NCBI GenBank assembly: GCA_963666935.1
Contig: OY762936.1
Coordinates: forward strand, 861,933-925,932
DNA length: 64,000 nt
Reading direction: 5' to 3'
Origin: Christensenellaceae bacterium
GTDB lineage: Bacteria > Bacillota > Clostridia > Christensenellales > CAG-138
In this document: in pieces, positions 17,891 to 28,040 of the stretch
Numbering within the stretch: position 1 is the first letter of the stretch
Layout of the letters: each line of letters opens with the position of its first letter
Notes under the pieces: model-generated
Seen by the model: the letters and a program-made list of their open reading frames with translations, nothing else
Told to the model about the DNA's origin: nothing
Databases searched by the model: none
Program-made: the position numbers and the translations under genes

Positions 17891-19297
17891 ATGAAGAGCC
17901 AATACGAAAGCCCGCTGGCGTCCCGGTACGCCTCAGATTATATGTTGTCCCTGTTTTCGCCGGACAAGCGGTATCAAACCTGGCGGGAGCTGTGGGTGGC
18001 GCTGGCGGACGCGGAGCGGGAGTTGGGCCTGCCGATTACAAAGGAGCAGGTGAAGCAGCTGGCCGCCCATACTACGGACATCGACTACGACGTGGTGGCA
18101 AAGAAGGAAAAGGAAATCCGCCATGACGTCATGGCCCATATCTACGCCTACGGGCTGCTTTGCCCGGAGGCCAAAGGCATCATCCATCTGGGTGCAACCA
18201 GCTGCTATGTCACGGACAATGCGGATCTGATCCTCTATCGGGATGCGCTTCGTTACCTTCGGGGCGAGGCGGTCACGGTGATGCAGGGGCTTTCGGATTT
18301 CGCGAATCAATATAAAGACCTGCCCACTTTGGGCTATACCCATTATCAGCCGGCCCAGCTTGTGACGGTGGGCAAGCGCGCCTGCCTATGGATTCAGGAT
18401 TTCATGCTGGATCTGGAGGAGATCGACGCGGTGCTCTCCGATCTGCGCTTTTTGGGCTGCCGGGGCACCACGGGGACCGAGGCCAGCTTTATGGAGCTTT
18501 TCGAGGGGGATACGAAAAAGATCGACACCCTCAATGAAAAGCTGGCGGCCAGATTCGGCTTTGACCGCTGCTATCCCGTCTGCGGCCAAACCTATCCAAG
18601 GAAGGCGGACAGCCGCATCATGGCGGCCTTGTCCTCCCTGTGCCAAAGCGCATACCGCTTTGCAAACGATATCCGCCTGTTGCAGCATGACCGGCAAGTG
18701 GAGGAGCCCTTTGAAACCGAGCAGGTGGGTTCTTCTGCCATGGCTTACAAGCGCAACCCCATGCGCTGCGAGCGGGTCTGTTCCCTTGCCCGCTTTGTGA
18801 TCGCGGACGCACAAAACGCGCCCATGACCGCCAGCGTCCAGTGGCTGGAGCGCACGCTGGATGATTCCGCCAACCGCCGCATCAGCATTCCCGAGGCCTT
18901 CTTGGCTGCGGACGCGGTGCTTCGGATCTGCGCCAACGTGGCAAAGGGATTAAGGGTCAACGAAAAGATTGTGGAGCGCACCGTCATGGAATACCTGCCC
19001 TTTATTGCCACGGAAAACCTGTTGATGGAGGCCGTGAAAAAAGGCGGCGACCGGCAGGCCATGCACGAGGTCATCCGGGTGCATTCCATGGCCGCCACTG
19101 CCCGCATGAAGGAGGGCCTCCCCTGCGATCTCCTGGAGCGGCTGGCCAAGGACGAAAGCTTCCCCATGGATCAGGGCCAGATCGAATCTCTGCTGAATCC
19201 CGCCCTGTATATAGGCCGCTGCGCCGAGCAGGTGGATCGGTTCCTCGCAGGGTTGAACCTCTCCGGCGCTGGAAAGGCGGAGCAGCTCAACGTATAA
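17891..19297 (+). CDS. purB: Adenylosuccinate lyase
   Basis: MKSQYESPLASRYAS..., GYTHYQPAQ, SSAMAYKRNP. ATG 17891 sits 6 nt after AGGAGG. Confidence 0.95.
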   Translation: MKSQYESPLASRYASDYMLSLFSPDKRYQTWRELWVALADAERELGLPITKEQVKQLAAHTTDIDYDVVAKKEKEIRHDVMAHIYAYGLLCPEAKGIIHLGATSCYVTDNADLILYRDALRYLRGEAVTVMQGLSDFANQYKDLPTLGYTHYQPAQLVTVGKRACLWIQDFMLDLEEIDAVLSDLRFLGCRGTTGTEASFMELFEGDTKKIDTLNEKLAARFGFDRCYPVCGQTYPRKADSRIMAALSSLCQSAYRFANDIRLLQHDRQVEEPFETEQVGSSAMAYKRNPMRCERVCSLARFVIADAQNAPMTASVQWLERTLDDSANRRISIPEAFLAADAVLRICANVAKGLRVNEKIVERTVMEYLPFIATENLLMEAVKKGGDRQAMHEVIRVHSMAATARMKEGLPCDLLERLAKDESFPMDQGQIESLLNPALYIGRCAEQVDRFLAGLNLSGAGKAEQLNV

Positions 19298-19302
19298 ATG
19301 AG

Positions 19303-19331
19303 CGGCGGAAGTTTTTCTTCCGCCGTTTTTC
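19303..19331 (+). terminator. Rho-independent terminator
   Basis: CGGCGGAAG-TTTTT-CTTCCGCCG followed by TTTTT. Confidence 0.9.
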
Positions 19332-19651
19332 TTTGTAATAGGGCACTCCCCACTGTGCAGGGCGTACAAATTAGCATTCAGCTATGGTAAAGGGCTTTTA
19401 GTTCTGTTTGAAGCTCATTTTTATGCTTAAATCGACAAAACAATGGTGAAACATAGAAACGATAATGAAATACACATAATGCTTGACTTTTTCTATAGCA
19501 TTCGCTATAACTTAATAAGTTGCTATTTTTTTCAAATTTTGGTTAATGTGGTGTAGGCAGCAAGCAACGAAAAAACTATTTGTTCAATGAGCGTCGTTCA
19601 GTAAACGCCGTTGTTTTGTGTCCGCGTTGCGTTTGAGGGGAATTTGTTTTT

Positions 19652-21007
19652 ATGGTCTTTTCGTCGTCGGTGTTTCTCTTTTTGTTTCTGCCTATAGTTC
19701 TGCTTTTCTATTATGGCGTATTCCGCAAGAGCAGGCGTTGGCAAAATATCTTACTCACATTTTCAAGTCTGTTTTTCTATGCGTGGGGTGAGCCCCTTTT
19801 TGTTCTGGTTATGCTCGGTTCAATTGCCGTTAACTGGTTTCTTGGCCTGCAAGTCAGCCGTTATGCAGACAACCGCAAGGCTCAACGGATATTAGTTGCA
19901 ATTGCCATTACTGTAAATATCGGTATCTTGTTTGTGTTCAAGTACCTGTCATTTTTTGCAAACATGATAACAAATTCAAAAGTGCTTGATATTGCCTTGC
20001 CGATAGGCATTTCGTTTTTTACATTTCAAGCGATGTCATATGTGTTCGACATCCAGCGCGGACGCGGACAGGCGCGGAAGAATCCCCTTGACGTTGCTCT
20101 GTATATCTCGTTTTTCCCGCAACTCATAGCCGGACCGATTGTGCGCTATGAAACCATCGCAGAGCAAATTAACAATCGCCGCGAAACACTCTCAGATTTC
20201 ACGGATGGTATTGAGCGTTTCATGTGTGGGTTTATAAAAAAGGTTTTTATTGCCAACAATATCGCGCCCCTTGCGGGCTTGGCTTTTGATCATGGCATAC
20301 CGACAACCGTTTTTGCCTGGATGGGTGCCATAGCCTACACCCTGCAAATTTACTATGACTTTTCAGGCTATTCCGATATGGCGATCGGGCTTGGTAAAAT
20401 GTTCGGGTTCAAATTTAATGAAAACTTCGATTATCCCTATATAGCAAAGTCGATCAGTGAATTTTGGCGGCGTTGGCATATATCGCTCAGTACTTGGTTT
20501 CGGGATTATGTCTATTTCCCTCTTGGCGGTAGTCGCGTCAAGACAAAAACCCGCCTTGTATTCAACCTCTTTGTTGTTTGGTTTTTAACAGGCGTATGGC
20601 ATGGCGCAAACTGGACATTTTTCCTGTGGGGCTTGATGTATTTTGTCTTGATAACGTCCGAAAAGCTGACCGGGTTTTCTCAAAAACTCGGTAAATTCGG
20701 TCACATCTATACAATGCTGTTTGTGATTATAGGCTGGGTAATATTCCGCGCGGATAGTCTGCCAGCCGCGTTCTCCTACATATCCGCCATGTTTGGCATA
20801 ACAGGTGCGGGCTTGTTGACCGTGTCTGATGTGTTTTGGTTAAAAAATAACGCCTTTTTTTTGGTCGCGGGAATTGTCTTTGCCCTGCCCGTGGCAAAAA
20901 AGCTTCCACGTGCCATACAAACTGCCGGTATAGCGGCCTGTTTCCTGCTCGCATTTACTTATATGATAAAGGGTAGTTACAATCCATTCATCTATTTCAA
21001 TTTCTAG
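19652..21007 (+). CDS. MBOAT family O-acyltransferase (AlgI/DltB-like)
   Basis: Polytopic protein with the MBOAT core FWRRWHISLSTWFRDYVYFPLGGSR...WHGANW. Confidence 0.9.
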   Translation: MVFSSSVFLFLFLPIVLLFYYGVFRKSRRWQNILLTFSSLFFYAWGEPLFVLVMLGSIAVNWFLGLQVSRYADNRKAQRILVAIAITVNIGILFVFKYLSFFANMITNSKVLDIALPIGISFFTFQAMSYVFDIQRGRGQARKNPLDVALYISFFPQLIAGPIVRYETIAEQINNRRETLSDFTDGIERFMCGFIKKVFIANNIAPLAGLAFDHGIPTTVFAWMGAIAYTLQIYYDFSGYSDMAIGLGKMFGFKFNENFDYPYIAKSISEFWRRWHISLSTWFRDYVYFPLGGSRVKTKTRLVFNLFVVWFLTGVWHGANWTFFLWGLMYFVLITSEKLTGFSQKLGKFGHIYTMLFVIIGWVIFRADSLPAAFSYISAMFGITGAGLLTVSDVFWLKNNAFFLVAGIVFALPVAKKLPRAIQTAGIAACFLLAFTYMIKGSYNPFIYFNF

Positions 21008-21019
21008 GAGCATAGTATC

Positions 21020-22270
21020 GTGAAAAAATCAGCCGTCATTCTTTCAATCGTATTTGCACTATGCCTTTTGTCTGGAGTAAAAGGCTATGTCAAGCTCGTA
21101 ACAAGAGGTTACGAAACCTTGACAGGGACAAACAAAATTGAAGCGCTTGAAATAGCGGAAGAAGAGGGAAGCAACATTGAAACGTTCATACTTGAAACCT
21201 CCGGGAAATCTGTCGCTGAAACGGTATTCGAAAACGCAAGCATTAGCGACAAAATCCGGCACTTTCAAAACGCGATACAATTATATTTAAATGACGTTCC
21301 GTTACAGAATCAAATAGTCAAGGTTAACGGTGGCTTTCAAGCTATGATCGGACGGGATATTATAGCCGATGCGGATGTGGGAAACGACGTGATTAAACTT
21401 GATAACGGCTATTTAGTGAGGTTACAATCAGGTGGAGATGCTGATTTTGTATCAAAGGCAGCGCAAATCATTGACTTAAATGTATTTCTGACTGAAAAAG
21501 GCATACCACTTGTTTTCGCCCACGCACCATATAAAATTGAATATTCAGATATCCCGTTAGAAAACAAGGCTAAAACCAATTATCAGCTTTTGAATGATAT
21601 GCTTGTTAACGGCGGCGTTAAAGTGATTGATATAAAAGCGGAAATGGATCGTGCCGGAATGGATTTCTTTTCATCATATTATAAGACGGACCATCATTGG
21701 AAAGCCCAAACAGGCTTATGGTGTGCCGGAATGCTCGCTCAAAAGTTTAGTAATGACTACGGCTTTACTTATGATGAAAGCCTGTTGAACCCGCAAAATT
21801 ACACCTACGAAGTGCTGGAAAATTTTATTGGTACGCAAGGTAAACGCGTCGGAACGCTATACGCTGGTGTAGATGACTTCACAATAATTCACACGAAATT
21901 TGAAACAGATCTTGAAAGCGACATACTTCTAGGTAATGGGGAATGGGAATGTCGGTCTGGTACACTTGAAAACGCGATGTACGGGGATAACCAAAGCGAC
22001 ACTTTTGATTGTTTCAGCGACATAAAAATTTTACCGTACTCAATGTATTCTAACGGTAATAACCCAATTCAAGTTATTCGCAATAACAAGGCTAAGAACG
22101 ACAAAAAAATTATCGTCGTGAGACATAGTTTTGCAAATGTAACAATGCCGTTTTTGTCACTTGCGTTTAGGGAAATAAACGTTGTTGACTTGAGGGCTCC
22201 TAACAGGCCGGACAATCTCTATTCCTACATAGAGGAATACCAGCCGGATTTCGTATTGTTTCTGTGGTAG
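21020..22270 (+). CDS. DHHW family protein (AlgJ/AlgX-like SGNH O-acyltransferase partner)
   Basis: N-terminal signal/anchor and the YYKTDHHWKAQTGLW motif. GTG start follows AGGAGC. Confidence 0.8.
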   Translation: MKKSAVILSIVFALCLLSGVKGYVKLVTRGYETLTGTNKIEALEIAEEEGSNIETFILETSGKSVAETVFENASISDKIRHFQNAIQLYLNDVPLQNQIVKVNGGFQAMIGRDIIADADVGNDVIKLDNGYLVRLQSGGDADFVSKAAQIIDLNVFLTEKGIPLVFAHAPYKIEYSDIPLENKAKTNYQLLNDMLVNGGVKVIDIKAEMDRAGMDFFSSYYKTDHHWKAQTGLWCAGMLAQKFSNDYGFTYDESLLNPQNYTYEVLENFIGTQGKRVGTLYAGVDDFTIIHTKFETDLESDILLGNGEWECRSGTLENAMYGDNQSDTFDCFSDIKILPYSMYSNGNNPIQVIRNNKAKNDKKIIVVRHSFANVTMPFLSLAFREINVVDLRAPNRPDNLYSYIEEYQPDFVLFLW

Positions 22271-22292
22271 ACTGCTCCTTTTTACCTGATAA

Positions 22293-22487
22293 TTGAATGT
22301 ATCGGCTCATTTTGAGCGGACGAAAATAATTTAATTGGGGGAACTGGCGTTCCCCCAAGGCCCCCACTTAAGGGACAGGGGGTTTACCTCTCTTACACAA
22401 GTGTTCCCCCTGAAGAGGTACAGGGGGCTTTCCCCCTCCAATAAAAGAATCTCCGTCGCCGCCGTAGGCGGCAACTCACTATTTCTC
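22293..22487 (+). repeat. Structured intergenic repeat element, copy A
   Basis: About 200 nt, homologous to the reverse complement of 44511-44716. It has four hairpins: GCTCA/TGAGC, TGGGGGAAC/GTTCCCCCA, AGGGGG/CCCCCT and GCCGCC/GGCGGC. Confidence 0.75.
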
Positions 22488-22488
22488 C

Positions 22489-22517
22489 TTGACATTGAAG
22501 CTCCGATGTGCTATTTT
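22489..22517 (+). promoter_or_regulatory. pyr operon promoter
   Basis: TTGACA (22489-94), 17-nt spacer, then TGcTATTTT extended -10. Confidence 0.7.
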
Positions 22518-22527
22518 AATCAAAATA

Positions 22528-22633
22528 AATCTTGGCAGTTTGATGCCGACAAGATTGTGCATACAGTTTGGGTTTGATGGCCGCACAGCGGCTGTCCGAT
22601 GGATTGGAATCTTGCCGGCGGCAGGATTTTTTT
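22528..22633 (+). promoter_or_regulatory. pyr leader attenuator (alternative hairpins plus intrinsic terminator)
   Basis: The terminator AATCTTGCC-GGC-GGCAGGATT plus T7 ends 13 nt before the pyrC ATG. CAAGATT (22550-56) can pair with either AATCTTG copy (22528 or 22608). Confidence 0.6.
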
Positions 22634-22645
22634 ATGGGAGGTTTT

Positions 22646-23926
22646 ATGGATATCTTGCTGAAGAATGGGTTGATCTGTACCGATGGCGGCGTTTTGCGGG
22701 CGGATCTCTCCGTGTCGGAGGGCAGGATCGCCCGAATTGCGGAATCGCTGGAGCCTTCGGCCGGTTCCGCTGTTTATGATTTGTCCAATCAGGTTCTTTT
22801 CCCCGGTTTTACAGATGTTCATGTGCATCTGAGAGAACCGGGTTTTTCTTATAAAGAGACCATTGCAAGCGGTACCGCCGCGGCGGCTCGGGGCGGCTAC
22901 ACCACCCTGTGCGCTATGCCAAACCTCAATCCCGTGCCGGATTGTAAGGGAAATCTAGAGGCCGAGCTTCGCATCATCCGGGATACCGCCCGGGTGCGCG
23001 TCTATCCCTATGGTGCCCTCACCCGGGGCGAGAAAGGGAAGGAACTGGCTGACCTTGCGGGCATGGGGGAGGCGGTGGCCTTTTCCGACGACGGCAAGGG
23101 CGTCCAGACGGATAATATGATGCGCGCCGCCATGCAAAAGGTGAAGGAGCTGGGGAAAATTCTGGTCGCCCACTGCGAGGACGAGAATCTGCTCTTTGGC
23201 GGGTACATTCACGATGGTGCCTATGCAAAGCTTCATGGCCATGCGGGTATTCCTTCGGAAAGCGAATGGCGGCAGATAGAAAGGGATATTGCCTTGGCAA
23301 AAGAAACCGGCTGCCGCTACCATGTGTGCCATGTCTCCGCCAAAGAGAGCGTTGTGTTGATCCGGAAGGCAAAGGCGCAGGGGGTGGATATCACCTGCGA
23401 AACTGCGCCCCATTATCTGCTCCTTCACGATATGGATTTGCAGGAGGATGGCCGGTTCAAAATGAACCCGCCCATCCGGGGGGAGGAAGACCGGCAGGCC
23501 CTCATTGAAGGGATCAAAGATGGCACCATCGATATGATCGCTACCGACCACGCGCCCCACGCGGCACAAGAGAAAAACCGGGGGCTCAAAGGCAGCCTCA
23601 ACGGCGTGGTGGGGCTGGAAGTCGCCTTCCCGGTGCTGTATACGGGGCTGGTCAAAAAGGACATTTTGAGCTTAAATGAGCTGATTGCGCTGCTCCATGG
23701 AAACCCCAAACGTCGCTTTGGTATCGGTTCAACCGTGGCGGAAGGGCAGGCCGCCGACCTGACGGTATTTGACCTGAACGCGGAATATGAGATTGCTCCC
23801 AATGAATTCCTGTCCAAGGGCAGATCCACGCCCTTTGAGGGCAATAGCGTCTTCGGCCGGTGCCTGCTGACCCTATGCGGCGGCGAAGTGGTTTATCAAG
23901 ATAAAAGACTGGCGGTGGAACAGTGA
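22646..23926 (+). CDS. pyrC: Dihydroorotase
   Basis: FPGFTDVHVHLREPG, VAHCED, ATDHAPH. ATG 22646 follows GGGAGG. Confidence 0.95.
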   Translation: MDILLKNGLICTDGGVLRADLSVSEGRIARIAESLEPSAGSAVYDLSNQVLFPGFTDVHVHLREPGFSYKETIASGTAAAARGGYTTLCAMPNLNPVPDCKGNLEAELRIIRDTARVRVYPYGALTRGEKGKELADLAGMGEAVAFSDDGKGVQTDNMMRAAMQKVKELGKILVAHCEDENLLFGGYIHDGAYAKLHGHAGIPSESEWRQIERDIALAKETGCRYHVCHVSAKESVVLIRKAKAQGVDITCETAPHYLLLHDMDLQEDGRFKMNPPIRGEEDRQALIEGIKDGTIDMIATDHAPHAAQEKNRGLKGSLNGVVGLEVAFPVLYTGLVKKDILSLNELIALLHGNPKRRFGIGSTVAEGQAADLTVFDLNAEYEIAPNEFLSKGRSTPFEGNSVFGRCLLTLCGGEVVYQDKRLAVEQ

Positions 23927-24657
23927 TGGAACAAAGAGAGTTCACAATCCAATTGAATAAAAAAATCGCGGCGGATACCTTCCGGCTGGAACTGAATGGC
24001 GATACCTCGGCCATTCTTCGGCCGGGGCAGTTCGTGGATATTCAGCTGCCGGGCTTTTACCTCCGGCGGCCCCTTTCGGTCTGTGACCGGGAGGAGGGGA
24101 AGCTGACCCTCATCTACAAAGTGGTGGGGCAGGGCACCGATTTTTTAAGTGGCCTCACCTCCGGCAAGCTGGATCTGCTGGTAGGGTTGGGCAACGGCTA
24201 CGATACAAAAAAGAGCGGCGCAAAGCCTCTCTTGGCGGGCGGCGGCGCAGGCGTGCCGCCTCTGTACCTGCTGGCAAAGGAGCTTATAAAAGAAGGAAAG
24301 GAAATTACTGCCGTGCTGGGCTTTAACCGGGCGGATGAGGTTTTTCTTCTGGAAGAATTCCGGGCGCTGGGGGTCAGGATGCTGCTGGCCACGGTGGACG
24401 GCAGCGCGGGGATCAAGGGCTTCGTCACGGATGCTATGCAGGAGGCGGGGGAGTACACATACTTCTACGCCTGTGGGCCGGAGCCCATGCTCAAAGCGGT
24501 GAGCGAAACGGCACCTACTGGCGGGCAGTTGAGCTTTGAGGCCCGGATGGGCTGCGGATTTGGCGCCTGCATGGGCTGTTCCTGCGAAACCAAATACGGA
24601 GCCAAGCGCATTTGCAAGGACGGGCCCGTGCTGGAAAAGGAGGAAGTCCTATGGTAA
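23923..24657 (+). CDS. pyrK: Dihydroorotate dehydrogenase B electron-transfer subunit
   Basis: FAD/NAD-binding fold plus a C-terminal 2Fe-2S motif CGFGACMGCSC. Confidence 0.9.
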   Translation: MMEQREFTIQLNKKIAADTFRLELNGDTSAILRPGQFVDIQLPGFYLRRPLSVCDREEGKLTLIYKVVGQGTDFLSGLTSGKLDLLVGLGNGYDTKKSGAKPLLAGGGAGVPPLYLLAKELIKEGKEITAVLGFNRADEVFLLEEFRALGVRMLLATVDGSAGIKGFVTDAMQEAGEYTYFYACGPEPMLKAVSETAPTGGQLSFEARMGCGFGACMGCSCETKYGAKRICKDGPVLEKEEVLW

Positions 24658-25565
24658 ATACCAAAGTCTGTCTCAGCGGCATCGAACTGGATAACCCGGT
24701 GATTCCGGCCAGCGGCACCTTCGGGTTTGGCCATGAATTTGCCGAGCTTTACGACATCAACACCCTCGGCGCGATCTCCATTAAAGGCACCACGGTTGAG
24801 CCACGCTTCGGCAACCCGCTGCCCCGCATCGCCGAATGTCCTTTCGGGCTCCTCAATTCGGTGGGGCTGCAAAACCCCGGCCTGGAGGCGGTGGTTAAGA
24901 CCGAAATCCCCAAACTTCGGGCCTGCTATAAGAGGCCCATATTCGCCAACATTAGCGGCTTTTGTGTAGAGGAATTTGCCCACTGCTGCAGGCGGATGGA
25001 CGAAGTGCAGGATGTGGACATCATAGAGTTGAACATCAGCTGCCCCAACGTGCGTCACGGGGGCATGAGCTTCGGTACTTCGCCGGAGGCGGCGCATGAA
25101 GTCACCGCGGCGGCACGGGCAGCAACGAAAAAACCGCTGTATGTGAAGTTGAGCCCCAACGTAAGCGACATTGTGGCCATCGCCAAGGCCTGCGAGGCGG
25201 CCGGGGCAGATGGAGTCTGCTTGATCAACACCCTGCTGGGTATGCGCATCGACCTGAAAAAGAGAAGGCCCATCCTCGCCAATACTACGGGAGGACTGTC
25301 CGGTCCGGCGGTATTCCCGGTGGCACTGCGAATGGTATGGCAGGTCTATGAGGCGGTGAAAATTCCCATCATCGGGCTGGGAGGGATCTCCACACCGGAG
25401 GATGTGATTGAGATGATGCTGGCGGGGGCGGCGGCGGTGCAAGTAGGATCTGCCAATCTGGTGAATCCATGGGCCTGCCAGGATATCATTGTGGGATTGT
25501 CCGGCGCTATGGAGCGATACGGAATCCAGACGCTAAGTGAAATTACGGGAGGCGCACACAGATGA
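24651..25565 (+). CDS. pyrD: Dihydroorotate dehydrogenase B catalytic subunit
   Basis: [27 protein letters not shown]...ELNISCPN...GGLSGPA. The start overlaps the pyrK stop (ATGGTAA). Confidence 0.95.
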   Translation: MVNTKVCLSGIELDNPVIPASGTFGFGHEFAELYDINTLGAISIKGTTVEPRFGNPLPRIAECPFGLLNSVGLQNPGLEAVVKTEIPKLRACYKRPIFANISGFCVEEFAHCCRRMDEVQDVDIIELNISCPNVRHGGMSFGTSPEAAHEVTAAARAATKKPLYVKLSPNVSDIVAIAKACEAAGADGVCLINTLLGMRIDLKKRRPILANTTGGLSGPAVFPVALRMVWQVYEAVKIPIIGLGGISTPEDVIEMMLAGAAAVQVGSANLVNPWACQDIIVGLSGAMERYGIQTLSEITGGAHR

Positions 25566-26275
25566 ATAGAGACGTGATCATAGCCTGCGACTTTAACAGC
25601 AGGGAAGAGACGCTGAACTTTCTTGAAAAATTTAAGGACGAAAAGCCCTTTGTGAAGATCGGTATGGAGCTTTTTTACGCAGAGGGGCCGGCCATTGTAA
25701 AGGAAATCAAAAAGCGAGGGCATCGGATTTTTCTGGACCTGAAGCTCCATGACATTCCCACCACGGTAAAGAAGGCCATGCGCGTGCTTTCTGCGCTGGA
25801 CGTGGATATGACCAACCTCCACGCAGGAGGGACTGTCGCCATGATGGAGGCGGCGGTGGAAGGGTTGATGCGCCCGGATGGCACCAGGCCTCTGCTCATT
25901 GCGGTGACCCAGCTCACCTCCACCGGCGAGGATGCGCTGAAACGGGACTTGCTTATTGAGCGGCCCATGGAAGAAGTGGTTCTGCACTATGCCCAAAACG
26001 CCAAAGCAGCGGGGCTGGACGGCGTAGTCTGCTCCCCCCTGGAGGCAGGGGCGGTGCATAAAGCCTGCGGGAATGGATTTTTGACCGTTACGCCCGGGGT
26101 GCGCTTTGCCGAGGCGGGTAAGGACGACCAGAGCCGGGTGGCCACGCCAGAGCGGGCCAGAGGGCTGGGATCGGATTTTATCGTGGTGGGCAGGCCCATC
26201 ACCCAGGCGGAAGATCCCGTGGCCGCATACCAAAGATGCGTGCGAGAGTTTCTGGGAGAGGGAGAGCAGAAATAG
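25562..26275 (+). CDS. pyrF: Orotidine 5'-phosphate decarboxylase
   Basis: FVKIGMELF...[13 protein letters not shown]...[10 protein letters not shown]. Confidence 0.95.
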   Translation: MNRDVIIACDFNSREETLNFLEKFKDEKPFVKIGMELFYAEGPAIVKEIKKRGHRIFLDLKLHDIPTTVKKAMRVLSALDVDMTNLHAGGTVAMMEAAVEGLMRPDGTRPLLIAVTQLTSTGEDALKRDLLIERPMEEVVLHYAQNAKAAGLDGVVCSPLEAGAVHKACGNGFLTVTPGVRFAEAGKDDQSRVATPERARGLGSDFIVVGRPITQAEDPVAAYQRCVREFLGEGEQK

Positions 26276-26484
26276 AGGCAGCCGGGCGGCCACGCCGAGT
26301 GAGGCGGATAATTTGGGGCGTGACCTGATTGCGGCCAGCAGATCCATCATGCAGGCGAAGGATTCCGTGGCTGCAACCCGCTGTGTGCGAGTGTGTCACG
26401 CAGACGGAGAAAAATCAAGGATGAAGGCCCATAAAGTATTGACAAATTTCTTGGGAAATATTGTTTCCGGAAGGAGATTATGAA

Positions 26485-27129
26485 ATGATAGAGAAGATAA
26501 TTGCACAGGACCTTTTAACCATCGGGGCCGTTTTTCTGCGGCCGGACAAGCCCTTTACTTGGGCCAGCGGCATCAAGAGCCCCATCTACTGCGACAACCG
26601 GCTGATTTTGACCGCGCCCGACGCGAGGACCCGGGTGGAACAGGGCCTTTCGGCGCTGATAAAAGAACATTATCCATCCTGTCAGGTGCTGATGGGAACC
26701 AGCACAGCGGGAATCGCCCACGCGGCCATCTGCGGACATCTGACGAACTTACCCATGGGCTATGTGCGGGGAGGGAACAAGGATCACGGCCGGGAGAATA
26801 AAATTGAAGGAAAACTGAATTCTGGCGACAAAGTGGTGGTGGTGGAAGACCTGATCTCCACCGCAGGCAGTGTGCTGGAAGTGGTGGACGCGCTTCGAGA
26901 GGCCGGTGCAGAGGTGCTGGGCATTGCCAGCATCTTCACCTACGGCATGAAGAAGGGTATCGAAAAGTTAAAGAAGGCCAATGTGAAAAACGTGAGCCTC
27001 ACGGACTTCGACACGGTGGTTACTGTGGCGGCTGAAACCGGGTTTCTGCGCCCTGAGGATGTGAAGCGGCTGCTGACGTTTCGGGACAACCCTTCGGACG
27101 AAAGCTGGATCAAAGGAGGAGAAGCATGA
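26485..27129 (+). CDS. pyrE: Orotate phosphoribosyltransferase
   Basis: [14 protein letters not shown]...[16 protein letters not shown] 26485 sits 8 nt after AAGGAG. Confidence 0.95.
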   Translation: MIEKIIAQDLLTIGAVFLRPDKPFTWASGIKSPIYCDNRLILTAPDARTRVEQGLSALIKEHYPSCQVLMGTSTAGIAHAAICGHLTNLPMGYVRGGNKDHGRENKIEGKLNSGDKVVVVEDLISTAGSVLEVVDALREAGAEVLGIASIFTYGMKKGIEKLKKANVKNVSLTDFDTVVTVAAETGFLRPEDVKRLLTFRDNPSDESWIKGGEA

Positions 27130-28040
27130 GACATCTCATCGACATTAAAGACCTTTCCGTATCCGAGATTGATGCGCTGATCGCGGTGGCGGATGACATC
27201 GTTGTAAATCCAGGGAAATACAGGGAAAAGTGCAAATTCAAGAGGCTGGCCACGCTGTTTTATGAGCCCTCCACCCGCACACGGCTGAGTTTTGAATCCG
27301 CCATGCTGGATTTGGGCGGCACTGTCATCGGATTTTCCGACGCCGGAAATTCCAGTGTATCCAAGGGGGAGAGCGTGGCGGATACCTCGCGGACCGTAAG
27401 CTGCTACGCGGACATTATCGCCATGCGGCATCCCAAGGAAGGCGCGCCCACTGTGGCGGCAGCCAGCGTAAACATCCCCATAATCAACGCGGGAGACGGC
27501 GGACACAACCATCCCACCCAGACCCTCACCGACCTGTTGACCATTCACAGGGAGATGGGGCGCATGGACAATTTGACCATCGGTATGTGCGGCGATTTGA
27601 AATTTGGCCGTACCGTGCATTCCCTGCTTCTTGCCATGGCTCGCTACCCGGGCGCCCGGTTTGTACTCATCTCTCCGGAAGAGCTGAGAATGCCCGAATA
27701 CCTCATTGAGGATGTGATCAAGAAGAACAACATCGAGTTTGTGGAAACCACGGACCTGGAACAGGTGATGCCGACGCTGGACATCCTGTACATGACACGG
27801 GTGCAGAAGGAGCGGTTCTTTAACGAGGCGGACTACATACGGCTCAAGGACAGCTACATCCTCACCCGGGCAAAACTGGCTACAGCAAAGGACTCCATGC
27901 GGGTTCTCCACCCGCTGCCCCGGGTGAACGAGATTTCCGTGGCCGTGGACAAAGATCCCCGGGCGGCCTACTTCCGGCAGGTGAAGAACGGCAAAATCAT
28001 CCGAATGGCATTGATCATGAAGCTTTTGGAGGTGGATTAA
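27126..28040 (+). CDS. pyrB: Aspartate carbamoyltransferase catalytic subunit
   Basis: [15 protein letters not shown] and HPLPRVNEI motifs. Confidence 0.95.
   Translation: MRHLIDIKDLSVSEIDALIAVADDIVVNPGKYREKCKFKRLATLFYEPSTRTRLSFESAMLDLGGTVIGFSDAGNSSVSKGESVADTSRTVSCYADIIAMRHPKEGAPTVAAASVNIPIINAGDGGHNHPTQTLTDLLTIHREMGRMDNLTIGMCGDLKFGRTVHSLLLAMARYPGARFVLISPEELRMPEYLIEDVIKKNNIEFVETTDLEQVMPTLDILYMTRVQKERFFNEADYIRLKDSYILTRAKLATAKDSMRVLHPLPRVNEISVAVDKDPRAAYFRQVKNGKIIRMALIMKLLEVD

Noticed and set aside
22330-22440. G5/C5-tract repeats as a possible CRISPR or G-quadruplex array.
   Set aside because: The tracts pair with each other as hairpins within one unit. There are no regularly spaced identical repeats with unique spacers, and no cas genes in the window.
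22335-22577. 80-aa ORF across repeat copy A, and the 65-aa ORF at 44435-44632 across copy B, as a possible small-protein gene family.
   Set aside because: Indels between the copies put homologous nucleotides in different frames, so the peptide similarity (SPSN..) is only local. There is no RBS, and the ORF in A runs through the pyr promoter and leader.
22528-22633. PyrR-dependent attenuator.
   Set aside because: The architecture fits, but I cannot find the conserved PyrR binding-loop sequence (UCCAGAGAGG-like) in the anti-antiterminator hairpin, so I do not name the effector.
26276-26484. Internal promoter or regulatory RNA in the 210-nt pyrF-pyrE gap.
   Set aside because: A TTGACA is present at 26439, but no acceptable -10 lies at 16-18 nt spacing, and I found no convincing hairpin or terminator. 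The evidence is insufficient to call a feature.
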